Made by a program: the position numbers and the translations under genes. A DNA stretch of 59,394 bases, filler included. It is 6 parts of 6 records of this genome, joined end to end, with 100 filler letters (N's around TTAATTAATTAA, not from the genome) between each part and the next. Parts side by side here need not be neighbours in the genome. Positions count along the whole stretch, not along the records: positions 1 to 11,262 come from SRR31156797_14132; positions 11,363 to 18,241 come from SRR31156797_14140; 4 more parts are not named here. One strand, 5' to 3'. Of the stretch, positions 7,805 through 16,604 are shown piece after piece (positions within the stretch are counted from its first letter, which is position 1; each line of letters begins with the position of its first letter). Under the pieces are notes generated by a model. It made no database searches and was not told where the DNA came from. It saw only the letters and a program-made list of their open reading frames with translations.

Positions 7805-10690
7805 ATGAAAAGAAAGGCTGTGGTTGCCATTATTCTGCTTTTTATGTTGGTTTTAAATGCCAGTCTGTTCAAGAGACTATTCTCTACTTCAAGTGAATAT
7901 TCAATTTCGCAGGGAGAGGTCACAATTTATGCATTGCGGGCAGTAAAGAACCGATATCTGAACAAGTCTAAGATCAAAGCCTCTGAACTTCTTGTTGAGA
8001 GTCTGGAAGCAATGAATGACTCACTTAATGAGATACTTATAAAATACGATCCTGATAAAAGAGTCGTAAACATTCAGATATATAATAAGAAGTTTAAGAC
8101 CGATGTTCTAAGAATTAGAGATATCTATGATGTAACCTATGTTCTTAAGCAGGTTTTCGGGTATATCGAAAAAAACTACAAACCTGTTTATCCAATGAAG
8201 ATGACAGATGTTGAATATATTGCTGTAAACGGAATACTTAGAAAACTCGACCCGCATTCATACATATTTACTCCTAAGGATTTTGAGGAATTTACAAATA
8301 CGACTGAGGGCAATTTTGGTGGTCTTGGAATAGTTATCAGCACAAATGAAGATGGTGAAATAGTTGTTGTCTCTCCAATTAGCGGAACTCCAGCGATGAA
8401 GGCAGGAATTGAATCAAATGATGTTATTGTTCAGATAAACGACGAATCAGCTGTCAACATGACACTTAACCAGGCAGTAGATAGAATGCGTGGTAAGCCC
8501 GGAACTGATGTTTCGATTATGGTGAGAAGAGAAGGTTTGCCGGACCTTATTAAATTTACTATAATCAGGGCGGAAATAAAAATTGAATCTGTAATTCCAT
8601 CCATGCCGCAGCCGGGGATAGGTTATATAAAACTTACCGGATTTATGGAAAACACATATCCGGCCATGCTTAAAGCTCTTGAAAAGCTTAAGAAAGACGG
8701 AATGAAGGCACTCATACTTGATATGAGAAATAATTCAGGCGGTCTTTTATCTCAAGCTATAAAAATAAGTGACCTTTTTCTTCAAAGTGGTGTTATTGTC
8801 TCAACTGTAGGAGAGAATGAAAGAGATGTCAGTGAGGCCAAAAGACAGGACACGGACATTCTTGATATTCCTGTAGTTGTTATGACCAATGCGGGAACTG
8901 CATCAGCTGCTGAGATCGTAACTGCCGCCTTGAAAAAGAATGGCAGAGCAACTGTTTTTGGAAGAAAAAGTTTTGGTAAGGGAAGTGTTCAGAATCTTTT
9001 TAGGATCCCAAGCGGAGGTGGTATAAAGCTAACCATCGCACAGTATCTTACTCCGGGAAAGATCTCGATCCAGTCAATTGGCGTTACTCCGGATGTTGAG
9101 CTTCAGCCGGCGTTTGTTCATGAAAAGAAGATCAGTTTGTTTGATACTGATGATAACATTTTAAAAGAGGCTGATCTTAAAGAACATATTGTGAGCGAGT
9201 ATATTCCTAAAAAGACAGAAAAGCCTGCTCTGACAATAAGATATTTCAAACCTTATAAAGATGTTGAACAGTTGATAAAAGAAAGGAAAAAGGAAAAGGT
9301 TGGAGTTTATAAGGGTGATGAAGAGATAGAGATAGTGATGTCTTCTTTAAAGAAGTCAATGGACGGTAAGGGCAACCTCTTGTCAGCTGCTCAGGAAATT
9401 AAGGATGTCGAGTGGAACTCAATAGTTGCAAAACTACAGGAAACAGGTATCCCCTGGAAAAAACTCATGAAGCTTGGAGATGTTGACGGAAGAGCTATAA
9501 AAGCAAGACTTGTCAGCAGCAGCAAACTTGAAGGTGGTAAGACTCATAAGCTTAGATTTGAAGCTACTAGTCCTGCAACGATAGAGAACCTTATTGGAAT
9601 TCTTGAAACAGATATTCCCTATATGAGGCGTATAGAGATCCCTTTTGGAACTTTTTCCGGAAAAATGGAAAGAACTGTAAGTATTAAACTTCCTGAATCA
9701 ATTCCATGGATGAAAAATACTGGAAAATTAAAGCTGTCTGTGGGAAATACAGAAAAAATTCTTAAGACAGAAAATGTGGATCTTGAAACTATCCCTGTTA
9801 AAAAGCCAGAGTTGATCTTTTCAATGTTCGCCGTAGAACAGGCTGGAAACGTAAACGGAATAATAGAGCCGGATGAAGATGTCAAGTTGTATATTAATGT
9901 TAAAAATATCGGATCCGGAGAGCTTCTTGAAGGACGGGCTATGATAATAAACAATAATAACTCGAAGGAGCTGTTCATTAATAATGGAACCCAGCCCCTT
10001 GTGCTTAAACCTGGAGAGGAAAAGGAAGCAGTTTTTACTTTTAAAACAAACAGCATTACGCAAAAACAGCTCGAAGAGATCAAAATGACCTTCACTGTCT
10101 ATGATTACAAAACAAAGTATTCAGCGGGTTTTTCTGTTCCAATAAAAAAGGGTGGAGCGATCTGTAAGTATAAGACTGATGAAAAACATTATGCAGTTAA
10201 AAAAGGGCAGGCTCTTTTTGCATCTGTAAAAGGAAAAACCATTATCAATAAAACAATAAAAGACACTGCTTTTGACTCAAAAGGTGTTTGCGGAGAAATG
10301 GTTCTTCTTGAAAATGGTTTGTGGGCAAAAGGTCTGAAACCTGCTAAAAAAGGAAAAAAAGTTCAAAAGAAAGATCTAAAGAAAGTTTACACTATAAAGA
10401 TGCCTTCTTTAAAACTGGATAATTCGCCGATAGTTGATGAGGATGGAAAATTCGATATTAATTTTGAAGCTGTCCCGGAGAATATTAGAGATATTTTTGT
10501 ATATCTCAACGATAAAAAGATCTACTACAAGAGACTTGATGGAAAGAGCGATGTTTTTAAAGATAAGCTTAGAATAGTTCTGGAAAATAAAGTTAATAAC
10601 ATCTCTTTTGTTGCAAAAGGTGTCGACCCTGAAAAAAGTGTTGTCATTAAAAAAATAGCAATATTTCCAAAAGGAAAAGACCAGAAGTAA
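7805..10690 (+). CDS. S41-family C-terminal processing protease with PDZ domain and long C-terminal extension (MXAN_5808-like architecture)
   Basis: LDPHS, GNFGGLGI (PDZ), LDMRNNSGGLL, TASAAEI (catalytic Ser) and SFGKGSVQ (Lys). AGGAG RBS before ATG 7805; N-terminal signal/anchor. Confidence 0.9.
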   Translation: MKRKAVVAIILLFMLVLNASLFKRLFSTSSEYSISQGEVTIYALRAVKNRYLNKSKIKASELLVESLEAMNDSLNEILIKYDPDKRVVNIQIYNKKFKTDVLRIRDIYDVTYVLKQVFGYIEKNYKPVYPMKMTDVEYIAVNGILRKLDPHSYIFTPKDFEEFTNTTEGNFGGLGIVISTNEDGEIVVVSPISGTPAMKAGIESNDVIVQINDESAVNMTLNQAVDRMRGKPGTDVSIMVRREGLPDLIKFTIIRAEIKIESVIPSMPQPGIGYIKLTGFMENTYPAMLKALEKLKKDGMKALILDMRNNSGGLLSQAIKISDLFLQSGVIVSTVGENERDVSEAKRQDTDILDIPVVVMTNAGTASAAEIVTAALKKNGRATVFGRKSFGKGSVQNLFRIPSGGGIKLTIAQYLTPGKISIQSIGVTPDVELQPAFVHEKKISLFDTDDNILKEADLKEHIVSEYIPKKTEKPALTIRYFKPYKDVEQLIKERKKEKVGVYKGDEEIEIVMSSLKKSMDGKGNLLSAAQEIKDVEWNSIVAKLQETGIPWKKLMKLGDVDGRAIKARLVSSSKLEGGKTHKLRFEATSPATIENLIGILETDIPYMRRIEIPFGTFSGKMERTVSIKLPESIPWMKNTGKLKLSVGNTEKILKTENVDLETIPVKKPELIFSMFAVEQAGNVNGIIEPDEDVKLYINVKNIGSGELLEGRAMIINNNNSKELFINNGTQPLVLKPGEEKEAVFTFKTNSITQKQLEEIKMTFTVYDYKTKYSAGFSVPIKKGGAICKYKTDEKHYAVKKGQALFASVKGKTIINKTIKDTAFDSKGVCGEMVLLENGLWAKGLKPAKKGKKVQKKDLKKVYTIKMPSLKLDNSPIVDEDGKFDINFEAVPENIRDIFVYLNDKKIYYKRLDGKSDVFKDKLRIVLENKVNNISFVAKGVDPEKSVVIKKIAIFPKGKDQK

Positions 10691-10803
10691 CTATATTCAC
10701 AGCCTTCCTTATTACACTTAAAACATTTTCTTGATTTTCAATAATCTATGAGACATATTTCCGAAGGTTTGAATGTTTTTTATTGAATTATGGAGATGAT
10801 GAT

Positions 10804-11262
10804 ATGAGAAAGATTTCACAAAGAGGAGCAGATCTGCCACCTTCACCTATTAGAAAATTAAAACCATATGACGATCAGGCGCGGGGACTTGGGAAAACGG
10901 TTCATCATTTAAATATCGGTCAGCCTGATATTGAAACTCCACCTGAAATGCTCAAGGTGCTGGAAAATATCGGTACAAAAGTGATAGGTTATGGTCCTAG
11001 TCAGGGAATTCCGCAGTATCAGGATGCTCTTATAAGGTATTACGCAAGACACGACATCAATATTGAAAGGGACAATGTGATAGTAACAACTGGCGGAAGT
11101 GAAGCGATCACAATGGCTTTTACCGTTTGTATGGATCCTGGTGATGAAGTTATTATCCCTGAGCCTTTTTACACTAACTATAATGGTTTTGCAGTTGCAG
11201 CCGGTGTAAAGATCGTCCCACTTACAACTTACCTTGAAAATAATTGGGAAATGCCAAGTGCT
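10804..11262 (+). CDS. Class I/II PLP aminotransferase (3'-truncated by the gap)
   Basis: SPIRKL, LNIGQPD, VTTGGSEA and PEPFYTNY motifs; GGAG RBS. Confidence 0.9.
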
Positions 11263-11362
11263 NNNNNNNNNNNNNNNNNNNNNNNNNNNNNNNNNNNNNN
11301 NNNNNNTTAATTAATTAANNNNNNNNNNNNNNNNNNNNNNNNNNNNNNNNNNNNNNNNNNNN
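11263..11362. other. Artificial contig spacer (N run with TTAATTAATTAA)
   Basis: 100-nt spacer; base composition changes across it. Confidence 0.98.
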
Positions 11363-11391
11363 TCATAAATATGATGATTAAATACTTCCAT
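11363..11391 (-). CDS. N-terminus of a DUF2023-like protein (truncated by the gap; not in the ORF track)
   Basis: GAGGAG RBS, then ATG giving MEVFNHHIY(E), which I recognise as the DUF2023 N-terminal motif. Only 10 codons are visible. Confidence 0.6.
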
Positions 11392-11434
11392 TCTCTTTTC
11401 TCCTCTAATTGTTTTAAGTTTTTATGATTCAAAA

Positions 11435-11683
11435 CTAATCGTTTTTCTTTCCGGTTAATATCCAGTATTTCCCAAATCCCTTACAATATTTCGCGCTACC
11501 TCTCATAGGACATAATCCTTTTAGCTCACAATCAGAGCAGCTCATTGTGCTAAATAGTTTCTTTTTCTCCATCCCCTTAAATATATACTCCAATAATACT
11601 GAACTTATTTTCATTTCATGCAATAATTGCCGAACTTCAATTTCTTTCTCTTCTTCTATTTTATTTATTATCTTCTCGATCAT
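11435..11683 (-). CDS. FeoC-like winged-helix protein with a Cys cluster
   Basis: Helical N-part followed by CSDCELKGLC...C; DUF2325/DUF2023 neighbourhood. Confidence 0.6.
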   Translation of the reverse strand: MIEKIINKIEEEKEIEVRQLLHEMKISSVLLEYIFKGMEKKKLFSTMSCSDCELKGLCPMRGSAKYCKGFGKYWILTGKKND

Positions 11684-11719
11684 AAAAGCCTACTTTCTAC
11701 AATAATTTAGCTAGACTTT

Positions 11720-11738
11720 TATTTTGATCCTCAAAGTT
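11720..11738. promoter_or_regulatory. Second copy of a TATTTTGA-N3-TCAAAATA-like operator
   Basis: TATTTTGA-TCC-TCAAAGTT upstream of the FeoC-like gene, nested within a larger AATTTAGCTA...TAGCTAAATT inverted repeat. Confidence 0.4.
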
Positions 11739-11753
11739 TTTAGCTAAATTTTT

Positions 11754-11867
11754 TTACTTACTACAGCATTCATCACTTTTTCCCTGTTTACAGGCACAAG
11801 CGTTACCACAATTACATTCATGTTTTTTATCCAGTTTTTCATTATTTATTGAAATTTTATTATCCAT
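11754..11867 (-). CDS. Uncalled 37-aa Cys-rich (metallothionein-like) peptide MDNKISINNEKLDKKHECNCGNACACKQGKSDECCSK
   Basis: Translated by hand; GGGGGA RBS; 6 Cys and 1 His in CxC-x3-CxC-x7-CC; co-oriented within the operon. Confidence 0.7.
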   Translation of the reverse strand: MDNKISINNEKLDKKHECNCGNACACKQGKSDECCSK

Positions 11868-11917
11868 ACTTCCCCCTATATTATTTTCTTATATAAATTT
11901 TAACTAAATAGCTTTTA

Positions 11918-12205
11918 TTAATGCGTACAGCCAATCTCTTCCAAGCTTTCTTTTAAACAATTGATACCACTTGCATTTGCTTTGATAAGAGTTATGTCAT
12001 TTTTTCTACATAATTTATAACACTCTTTTGCCATTTTGTGACTACATGTTTTTGTCATTAATATACATGCATCTACATTTTGAATTTTTTTAGTAAAATT
12101 AGGACAGTTCTGATTGAACAACTTACACTTATAGTTATAATCTTTTACTGTATCCTTATACTGTCTTTCGATACTTTTTACACCACCAATAATTGCAACC
12201 GTCAT
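11918..12205 (-). CDS. DUF2325-domain protein
   Basis: MTVAIIGG...DACILMTKTCSHKM...SGINCL pattern; GGGAGG RBS places the start at 12205. Confidence 0.8.
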   Translation of the reverse strand: MTVAIIGGVKSIERQYKDTVKDYNYKCKLFNQNCPNFTKKIQNVDACILMTKTCSHKMAKECYKLCRKNDITLIKANASGINCLKESLEEIGCTH

Positions 12206-12226
12206 ATCTTGCACCTCCCGTTTTTT

Positions 12227-12288
12227 TATTTTGAACCTCAAAATATTTCTTTCACTTATAACTTATCACACTTTCGTTTTATAGTCAA
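12227..12288 (-). promoter_or_regulatory. Sigma70 promoter (TTGACT-N17-TAAGTT with TGn extension) plus downstream palindrome TATTTTGA-ACC-TCAAAATA
   Basis: -35 at 12288-12283, -10 at 12265-12260; perfect 8-3-8 inverted repeat at 12227-12245. Confidence 0.55.
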
Positions 12289-12481
12289 TGTTTTTTTGAG
12301 TTTTACATATACCTGTTTTTAATGTTAACGATATATTTTATAAATAACTTCTTTTTTTAATTGTTATTGATTTTAATTTTTAGCCTTTTGCAATATGGGT
12401 TAGCAATTAAAATTACACATGTTTTTAATAAAGTGAAAAAATAATGAATTTACAAATTTTTTCATATACTTTTTAGCATAT

Positions 12482-12506
12482 AAAAAGCAAGCCCCAAAGG
12501 GCTTGC
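12482..12506 (-). terminator. Intrinsic terminator after the ASCH gene
   Basis: GCAAGCCC-TTTG-GGGCTTGC followed by a T run on the minus strand. Confidence 0.8.
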
Positions 12507-12521
12507 CAAATAAATTTAACT

Positions 12522-12989
12522 CTAATATACTTTTTCAAACTCCTCCAAAACTACCAACATATCCTCATTAAATTCAATATTCATTTCTTTACATCGATTA
12601 ACGTAACACTCATTATGAACTCTCTTCCAATAACCCAGTGTTTTATCTCCCTCACCCTCTCTATATGCAAATTCCTCACTTACATCTTTGAATGGCATTA
12701 CCATAACTTTTGTTGTTTTAATTATACAGACAGCATTCCCTTCCCAATCAGTTATAATGCTCAAATCGCCCTCTTTTGGAATTTCATCTCCTTCAACTTC
12801 ATAATCATAATGAAGTGAAGTTGTTGCTCTTTTAATTCCTTTATTCGTTAGTTCCGCGAGTTCATTTGCATTTTTTTCATCAGCACAAAAATGCCACGCT
12901 TCATAACTTAATTGCTCTTTTTCTATCTGACTATCCAATTGATCTAAATAATTATTCCACATTTTTTCTATAGTTGTATTTTTAGTCAT
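12522..12989 (-). CDS. ASCH-domain protein
   Basis: GIKRATTS (GxKxATxS) and FAYREGEGDKTLGYWKRVH motifs. Confidence 0.9.
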   Translation of the reverse strand: MTKNTTIEKMWNNYLDQLDSQIEKEQLSYEAWHFCADEKNANELAELTNKGIKRATTSLHYDYEVEGDEIPKEGDLSIITDWEGNAVCIIKTTKVMVMPFKDVSEEFAYREGEGDKTLGYWKRVHNECYVNRCKEMNIEFNEDMLVVLEEFEKVY

Positions 12990-13185
12990 CTTGAACCCCT
13001 TTCAAATTATTTCTCGATATATTTAATAACATTTACCATAAAAAGTCCACTTTTCTTTTTTATACAACTCTTAGCATTTTTTATCTTTTCTTTTTAATTT
13101 TTAAAAATTTGATTTTGCTCACCTGATAAGGTAGAATTAACTTGTGAGTTTACGAAGGTAATATGATTATAAATGGAGGACGTAA

Positions 13186-14025
13186 ATGAAAAACACAAAA
13201 GTATGGTTTGTAACAGGAGCATCACAAGGTTTAGGTTTAGCACTGGTTAAACAACTACTAAAAAGCGGATACAAAGTTGCTGCAACTTCAAGATCAAAAG
13301 AAAGACTTGTAAAAGCTGTGGCAAATACAAGCGCAAATTTTCTTCCTATGAAAGTCAATTTATTGGATGAAAACAGAATCGCCGGAGCAATAAGTTCAAC
13401 TGTTAAAACTTTTGGTAAAATTGATGTTATAGTTAATAATGCCGGTTATGGTTTGGGGGGAAGTTTAGAGGAGATCTCCGATACTGAGATCAGAGATCAA
13501 TTTGATATTAACGTCTTTGCTATGACTAATGTAATTAGACAAGTAATGCCATATTTGAGAAAACAAAATTCCGGGCATATTTTCAATATATCTTCATTAT
13601 CAGGTTTTGTTGGTGATGCCGGTTTCGGGAGCTACAATGCAAGCAAATTTGCTATTACCGGATTAACTGAAGCTCTTGCTGCCGAGGTCAAAGCTTTTGG
13701 AATCGATGTAACATTAGTTGCACCGGGATTTTTTAGAACAAATTTTTTAAGTGAAACATCTGTTAAAATTCATGAAAAAATAATTGATGATTATAGTTTT
13801 ATTCATGATGTGATGGATTATCTACAAAACGTTAAAAACGGAACTCAGGAAGGAGATCCTGATAAAGCTGCTTTAGCAATGATAAAGGTTGCTCAATCAG
13901 AAAATCCACCACTTCACCTGTTTTTAGGCCCTGACGCTTATGAGAGAGTTAGCTCATATATCGAAGATATAAAGACAAGTCTGGAGACTTGGAAGGAGAT
14001 AACTTTATCAACTGATTTTGATTAG
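13186..14025 (+). CDS. Short-chain dehydrogenase/reductase
   Basis: TGASQGLG, VNNAGYG and YNASK motifs; GGAGG RBS. Confidence 0.92.
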   Translation: MKNTKVWFVTGASQGLGLALVKQLLKSGYKVAATSRSKERLVKAVANTSANFLPMKVNLLDENRIAGAISSTVKTFGKIDVIVNNAGYGLGGSLEEISDTEIRDQFDINVFAMTNVIRQVMPYLRKQNSGHIFNISSLSGFVGDAGFGSYNASKFAITGLTEALAAEVKAFGIDVTLVAPGFFRTNFLSETSVKIHEKIIDDYSFIHDVMDYLQNVKNGTQEGDPDKAALAMIKVAQSENPPLHLFLGPDAYERVSSYIEDIKTSLETWKEITLSTDFD

Positions 14026-14062
14026 AATTTTTTCGTTATGAATCTTTAAATTTTTCCAAACC

Positions 14063-14091
14063 TTGTAATTTCAATACAGAAATTGTATAAT
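14063..14091 (+). promoter_or_regulatory. Sigma70 promoter TTGTAA-N17-TATAAT for the HAD gene
   Basis: Near-consensus hexamers with a 17-nt spacer, about 50 nt before the ATG. Confidence 0.6.
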
Positions 14092-14139
14092 ATTTGTGTT
14101 GCTGACACTTCCTAAAATAAGCGACATAAGGAGATTTAT

Positions 14140-14937
14140 ATGAATAACGATATTAAAGTGATATCACTTGATTTGGATGGTACGCTACTTAACTCTGATC
14201 ATGAAATGTCAGAGGAAAATAAAAAGGTTTTACTTGAACTGGATAAAAAAGGGATAGATATTATCCTGTGCACCGGTAGGCCCTATAATGCAATGAAAAG
14301 ATTCAAGCAGGAGCTTGGACTTAGTCATCCTGTAATCTGCTTTAACGGAGCTGTTATGGTGGATAATGAGGAAAACTTTGTTTTTTCAACAACACTTAAT
14401 ACAGATATCTCAAAAGAGCTGGTTGAAGTGGGTCGTAAATATGAAATTTATCATCATGGTTTTGTAGGTAATGACTGGTTGCTTCCATTTAGAAGTGAGT
14501 ATTCTGAGAGTTATAAAAACAGAACTGGTTTGGTTGAAAATTTAATTAATTTTGATGATTATGACGAGCTTAATTTTATCAAAATGATGTTTATCGGAGA
14601 AAATGAAATTTTGCTGAAAATCTTTGATGAAGTAAGTGACAGACTTGGAGATAAAGTTTATAAAGCTTTCTCTAACCCTAACTATCTTGAAGTATTAAAT
14701 CCAAAATGTTCAAAGGCTAAAGCGCTTGATTTTTATCTAAAATCAAAAGGATTAGACAAAACTAATCTACTATCAATGGGTGATGGTGGAAATGACAGAG
14801 AGATGCTAAAATATTCTCAAATTGGTGTAGTTATGGAGAATGCTCCGGAAGAGTTAAAAGCTGAGTTTGATATTAAAGCTCCATCTAATGATGATAATGG
14901 AGTAGCTGTATTTTTAAGGGAATTTTTCGAGTTATAA
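14140..14937 (+). CDS. Cof-type HAD-IIB hydrolase
   Basis: DLDGTLL, CTGR, SK and GDGGNDREML motifs. Confidence 0.92.
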   Translation: MNNDIKVISLDLDGTLLNSDHEMSEENKKVLLELDKKGIDIILCTGRPYNAMKRFKQELGLSHPVICFNGAVMVDNEENFVFSTTLNTDISKELVEVGRKYEIYHHGFVGNDWLLPFRSEYSESYKNRTGLVENLINFDDYDELNFIKMMFIGENEILLKIFDEVSDRLGDKVYKAFSNPNYLEVLNPKCSKAKALDFYLKSKGLDKTNLLSMGDGGNDREMLKYSQIGVVMENAPEELKAEFDIKAPSNDDNGVAVFLREFFEL

Positions 14938-14956
14938 AATTAAATATTCTAAATAC

Positions 14957-14993
14957 AAAAAAACGACAGGAGAAATATCTCACTGTCGTTTTT
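14957..14993. terminator. Bidirectional intrinsic terminator
   Basis: AAAAACGACAG...CTGTCGTTTTT between the convergent HAD gene and the peptide ORF. Confidence 0.8.
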
Positions 14994-14996
14994 AAA

Positions 14997-15137
14997 TTAT
15001 TTTTTGATTGGTTTTATGATCACTACGTCGTCATTTCCAGAACCTGGATTAACTGAGCATGTTCCACCTTCACCAGCTATTGCAAAAGTTAACGATGTAA
15101 TCACTAACATCGCTAATAATAATATTAGTTTTTTCAT
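14997..15137 (-). CDS. Uncalled 46-aa secreted pro-peptide MKKLILLLAMLVITSLTFAIAGEGGTCSVNPGSGNDDVVIIKPIKK
   Basis: Translated by hand; AAGGAG RBS; ATGA overlap with the TPR gene stop; MKK, hydrophobic core and TFA/AIA cleavage site; terminator immediately after the stop. Confidence 0.85.
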   Translation of the reverse strand: MKKLILLLAMLVITSLTFAIAGEGGTCSVNPGSGNDDVVIIKPIKK

Positions 15138-16450
15138 ATCTCATTCTCCTTTTCATTTAATCTAAAAAACATAGTTTTTATTTCATCTTCTAAGTTATTT
15201 TCTAGAAAGTATAATGTTAAATCAAAAAAAAGTTCTTTTAAATTAAATTTTTTTCTATTTTCCAATATATAATTAATTATTGTTTTAATCAATTTAAAGT
15301 CATCTTTATTTGCATTCTTTATTGCAAGATGCAATACCTTTTCTCTAGCTCTTATACGTTTTGAATTTTTTAATTCAATTTTCATAATTTCAATTGCACA
15401 AAGTAAAATATCGTCTTTTTTTCCTAAATATTTACTTATTAAGCATAAATTACAGATTCTGAGAACTTTCGCTTTATAAGGCATATTAATTGGGACATGT
15501 TTTTTAGAAGAAAATGCTGTTAATTTTATTGAATTATACAGTTCTGCTACTTTTTCTCGCTCATTCATCAGCATATATAATTCAGCTCTGTTACTTATCA
15601 CATTCTCAATTTGTTCAGTCATTCCGGTTCCGTTATTTTGTATTGTCAAATATAATTTCTCTGCTTCTGCAAATTTCCCTAGCATTGCTAAGCAATGCCC
15701 CATTTGAAAATTTGCCTCAAATTCCAAATGCTTAAGAGACTCTTTGAACTTTAAATCCTTAACTAATTCTAAACTTTTTTCAAATTGATTTAATTTTGCA
15801 AATGCAATCCCCAAGTTCAATTTTATCACATTAAAGTGTTCTAATTTTTTCTCTGGAATCTGATTAATTAAATTATATAAAAATACTGCTTTTGAAAGTT
15901 CATCAAGTTGCTGATAATAATAAGCAACCCTACGACAAATAACATCCACTTTATCAAACAGTTTATTCTCAATATAAAAAAGTAAATTTTTCTCATAATG
16001 TTCCATTGACCTGCGCATCGCCATGTCCATATCTAAATTCTCAAAAAAGAAATTCCCCAATTCATAATTCAGATATAACTCATTTGAATAAGCACAATCC
16101 TTTAATATCTCCTGAGCACCTAAATATGCGTCTTCAATATTTTCACCCTGACGCATTTGTTTTAGGATTTTTTCAGCCTCTTTTCTTTCTTTTACCTCTT
16201 CTTCAAAGTAAAATTCAGAGACATCTACTTCTCTAGTACTTGCTTTTTCTTTTAGCACCAGATTCATTCTCTTCATAATTTGAGTTGCTTTTGTTTTCGT
16301 TAAACTCCTACGTTGTTTGATTACATCAATAATATCTCGTTCATAAACTGTTGAGTCAGCAGTTTTTCCCGCTATCTCTTTTTTAGTTAACTCTAATTTC
16401 CCTATAGTGCTTTTTAATTCCATAAAAGCACTTTTCTTTTTTCTACCCAC
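15134..16450 (-). CDS. HTH plus TPR-repeat regulator (RRNPP-like)
   Basis: N-terminal LELTKKEIAG...RRSLTKTKATQIMKRMN resembles an XRE HTH; TPR helices (LNLGIAFAKLNQFEKSLE, FQMGHCLAMLGKFAEAEKLY). GGGAG RBS favours GTG 16450 over the ORF-track start at 16495. Confidence 0.7.
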   Translation of the reverse strand: MGRKKKSAFMELKSTIGKLELTKKEIAGKTADSTVYERDIIDVIKQRRSLTKTKATQIMKRMNLVLKEKASTREVDVSEFYFEEEVKERKEAEKILKQMRQGENIEDAYLGAQEILKDCAYSNELYLNYELGNFFFENLDMDMAMRRSMEHYEKNLLFYIENKLFDKVDVICRRVAYYYQQLDELSKAVFLYNLINQIPEKKLEHFNVIKLNLGIAFAKLNQFEKSLELVKDLKFKESLKHLEFEANFQMGHCLAMLGKFAEAEKLYLTIQNNGTGMTEQIENVISNRAELYMLMNEREKVAELYNSIKLTAFSSKKHVPINMPYKAKVLRICNLCLISKYLGKKDDILLCAIEIMKIELKNSKRIRAREKVLHLAIKNANKDDFKLIKTIINYILENRKKFNLKELFFDLTLYFLENNLEDEIKTMFFRLNEKENEI

Positions 16451-16497
16451 GCCTTTTCTCCCATTTTTTGCTTTTATAACTCTAAATAACACCACTC

Positions 16498-16560
16498 AAT
16501 GTTAATTTTTGCAAAAATTAACATTTTGCCTTTGACAATTTGCAAATTTAGGTATAAAAT
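16498..16560. promoter_or_regulatory. Perfect 28-bp palindrome, a second TTTGCAAA palindrome and a plus-strand TTGACA-N17-TAAAAT promoter
   Basis: AATGTTAATTTTTG/CAAAAATTAACATT at 16498-16525; AATTTGCAAATT at 16537-16548; -35 at 16532-16537, -10 at 16555-16560. Confidence 0.6.
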
Positions 16561-16604
16561 TAAATAGAAATGTCGTACTAAGACATTGATACTATTAAAA
16601 TTAC

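Noticed and set aside
11307-11318. TTAATTAATTAA palindrome recurring five times
   Set aside because: Six-frame stop linker inside N runs; not biological.
14997-15137. AgrD-like thiolactone or RiPP precursor (contains one Cys)
   Set aside because: It has a Sec signal peptide and there is no AgrB, kinase or modifying enzyme nearby; the adjacent TPR receptor fits RRNPP better.
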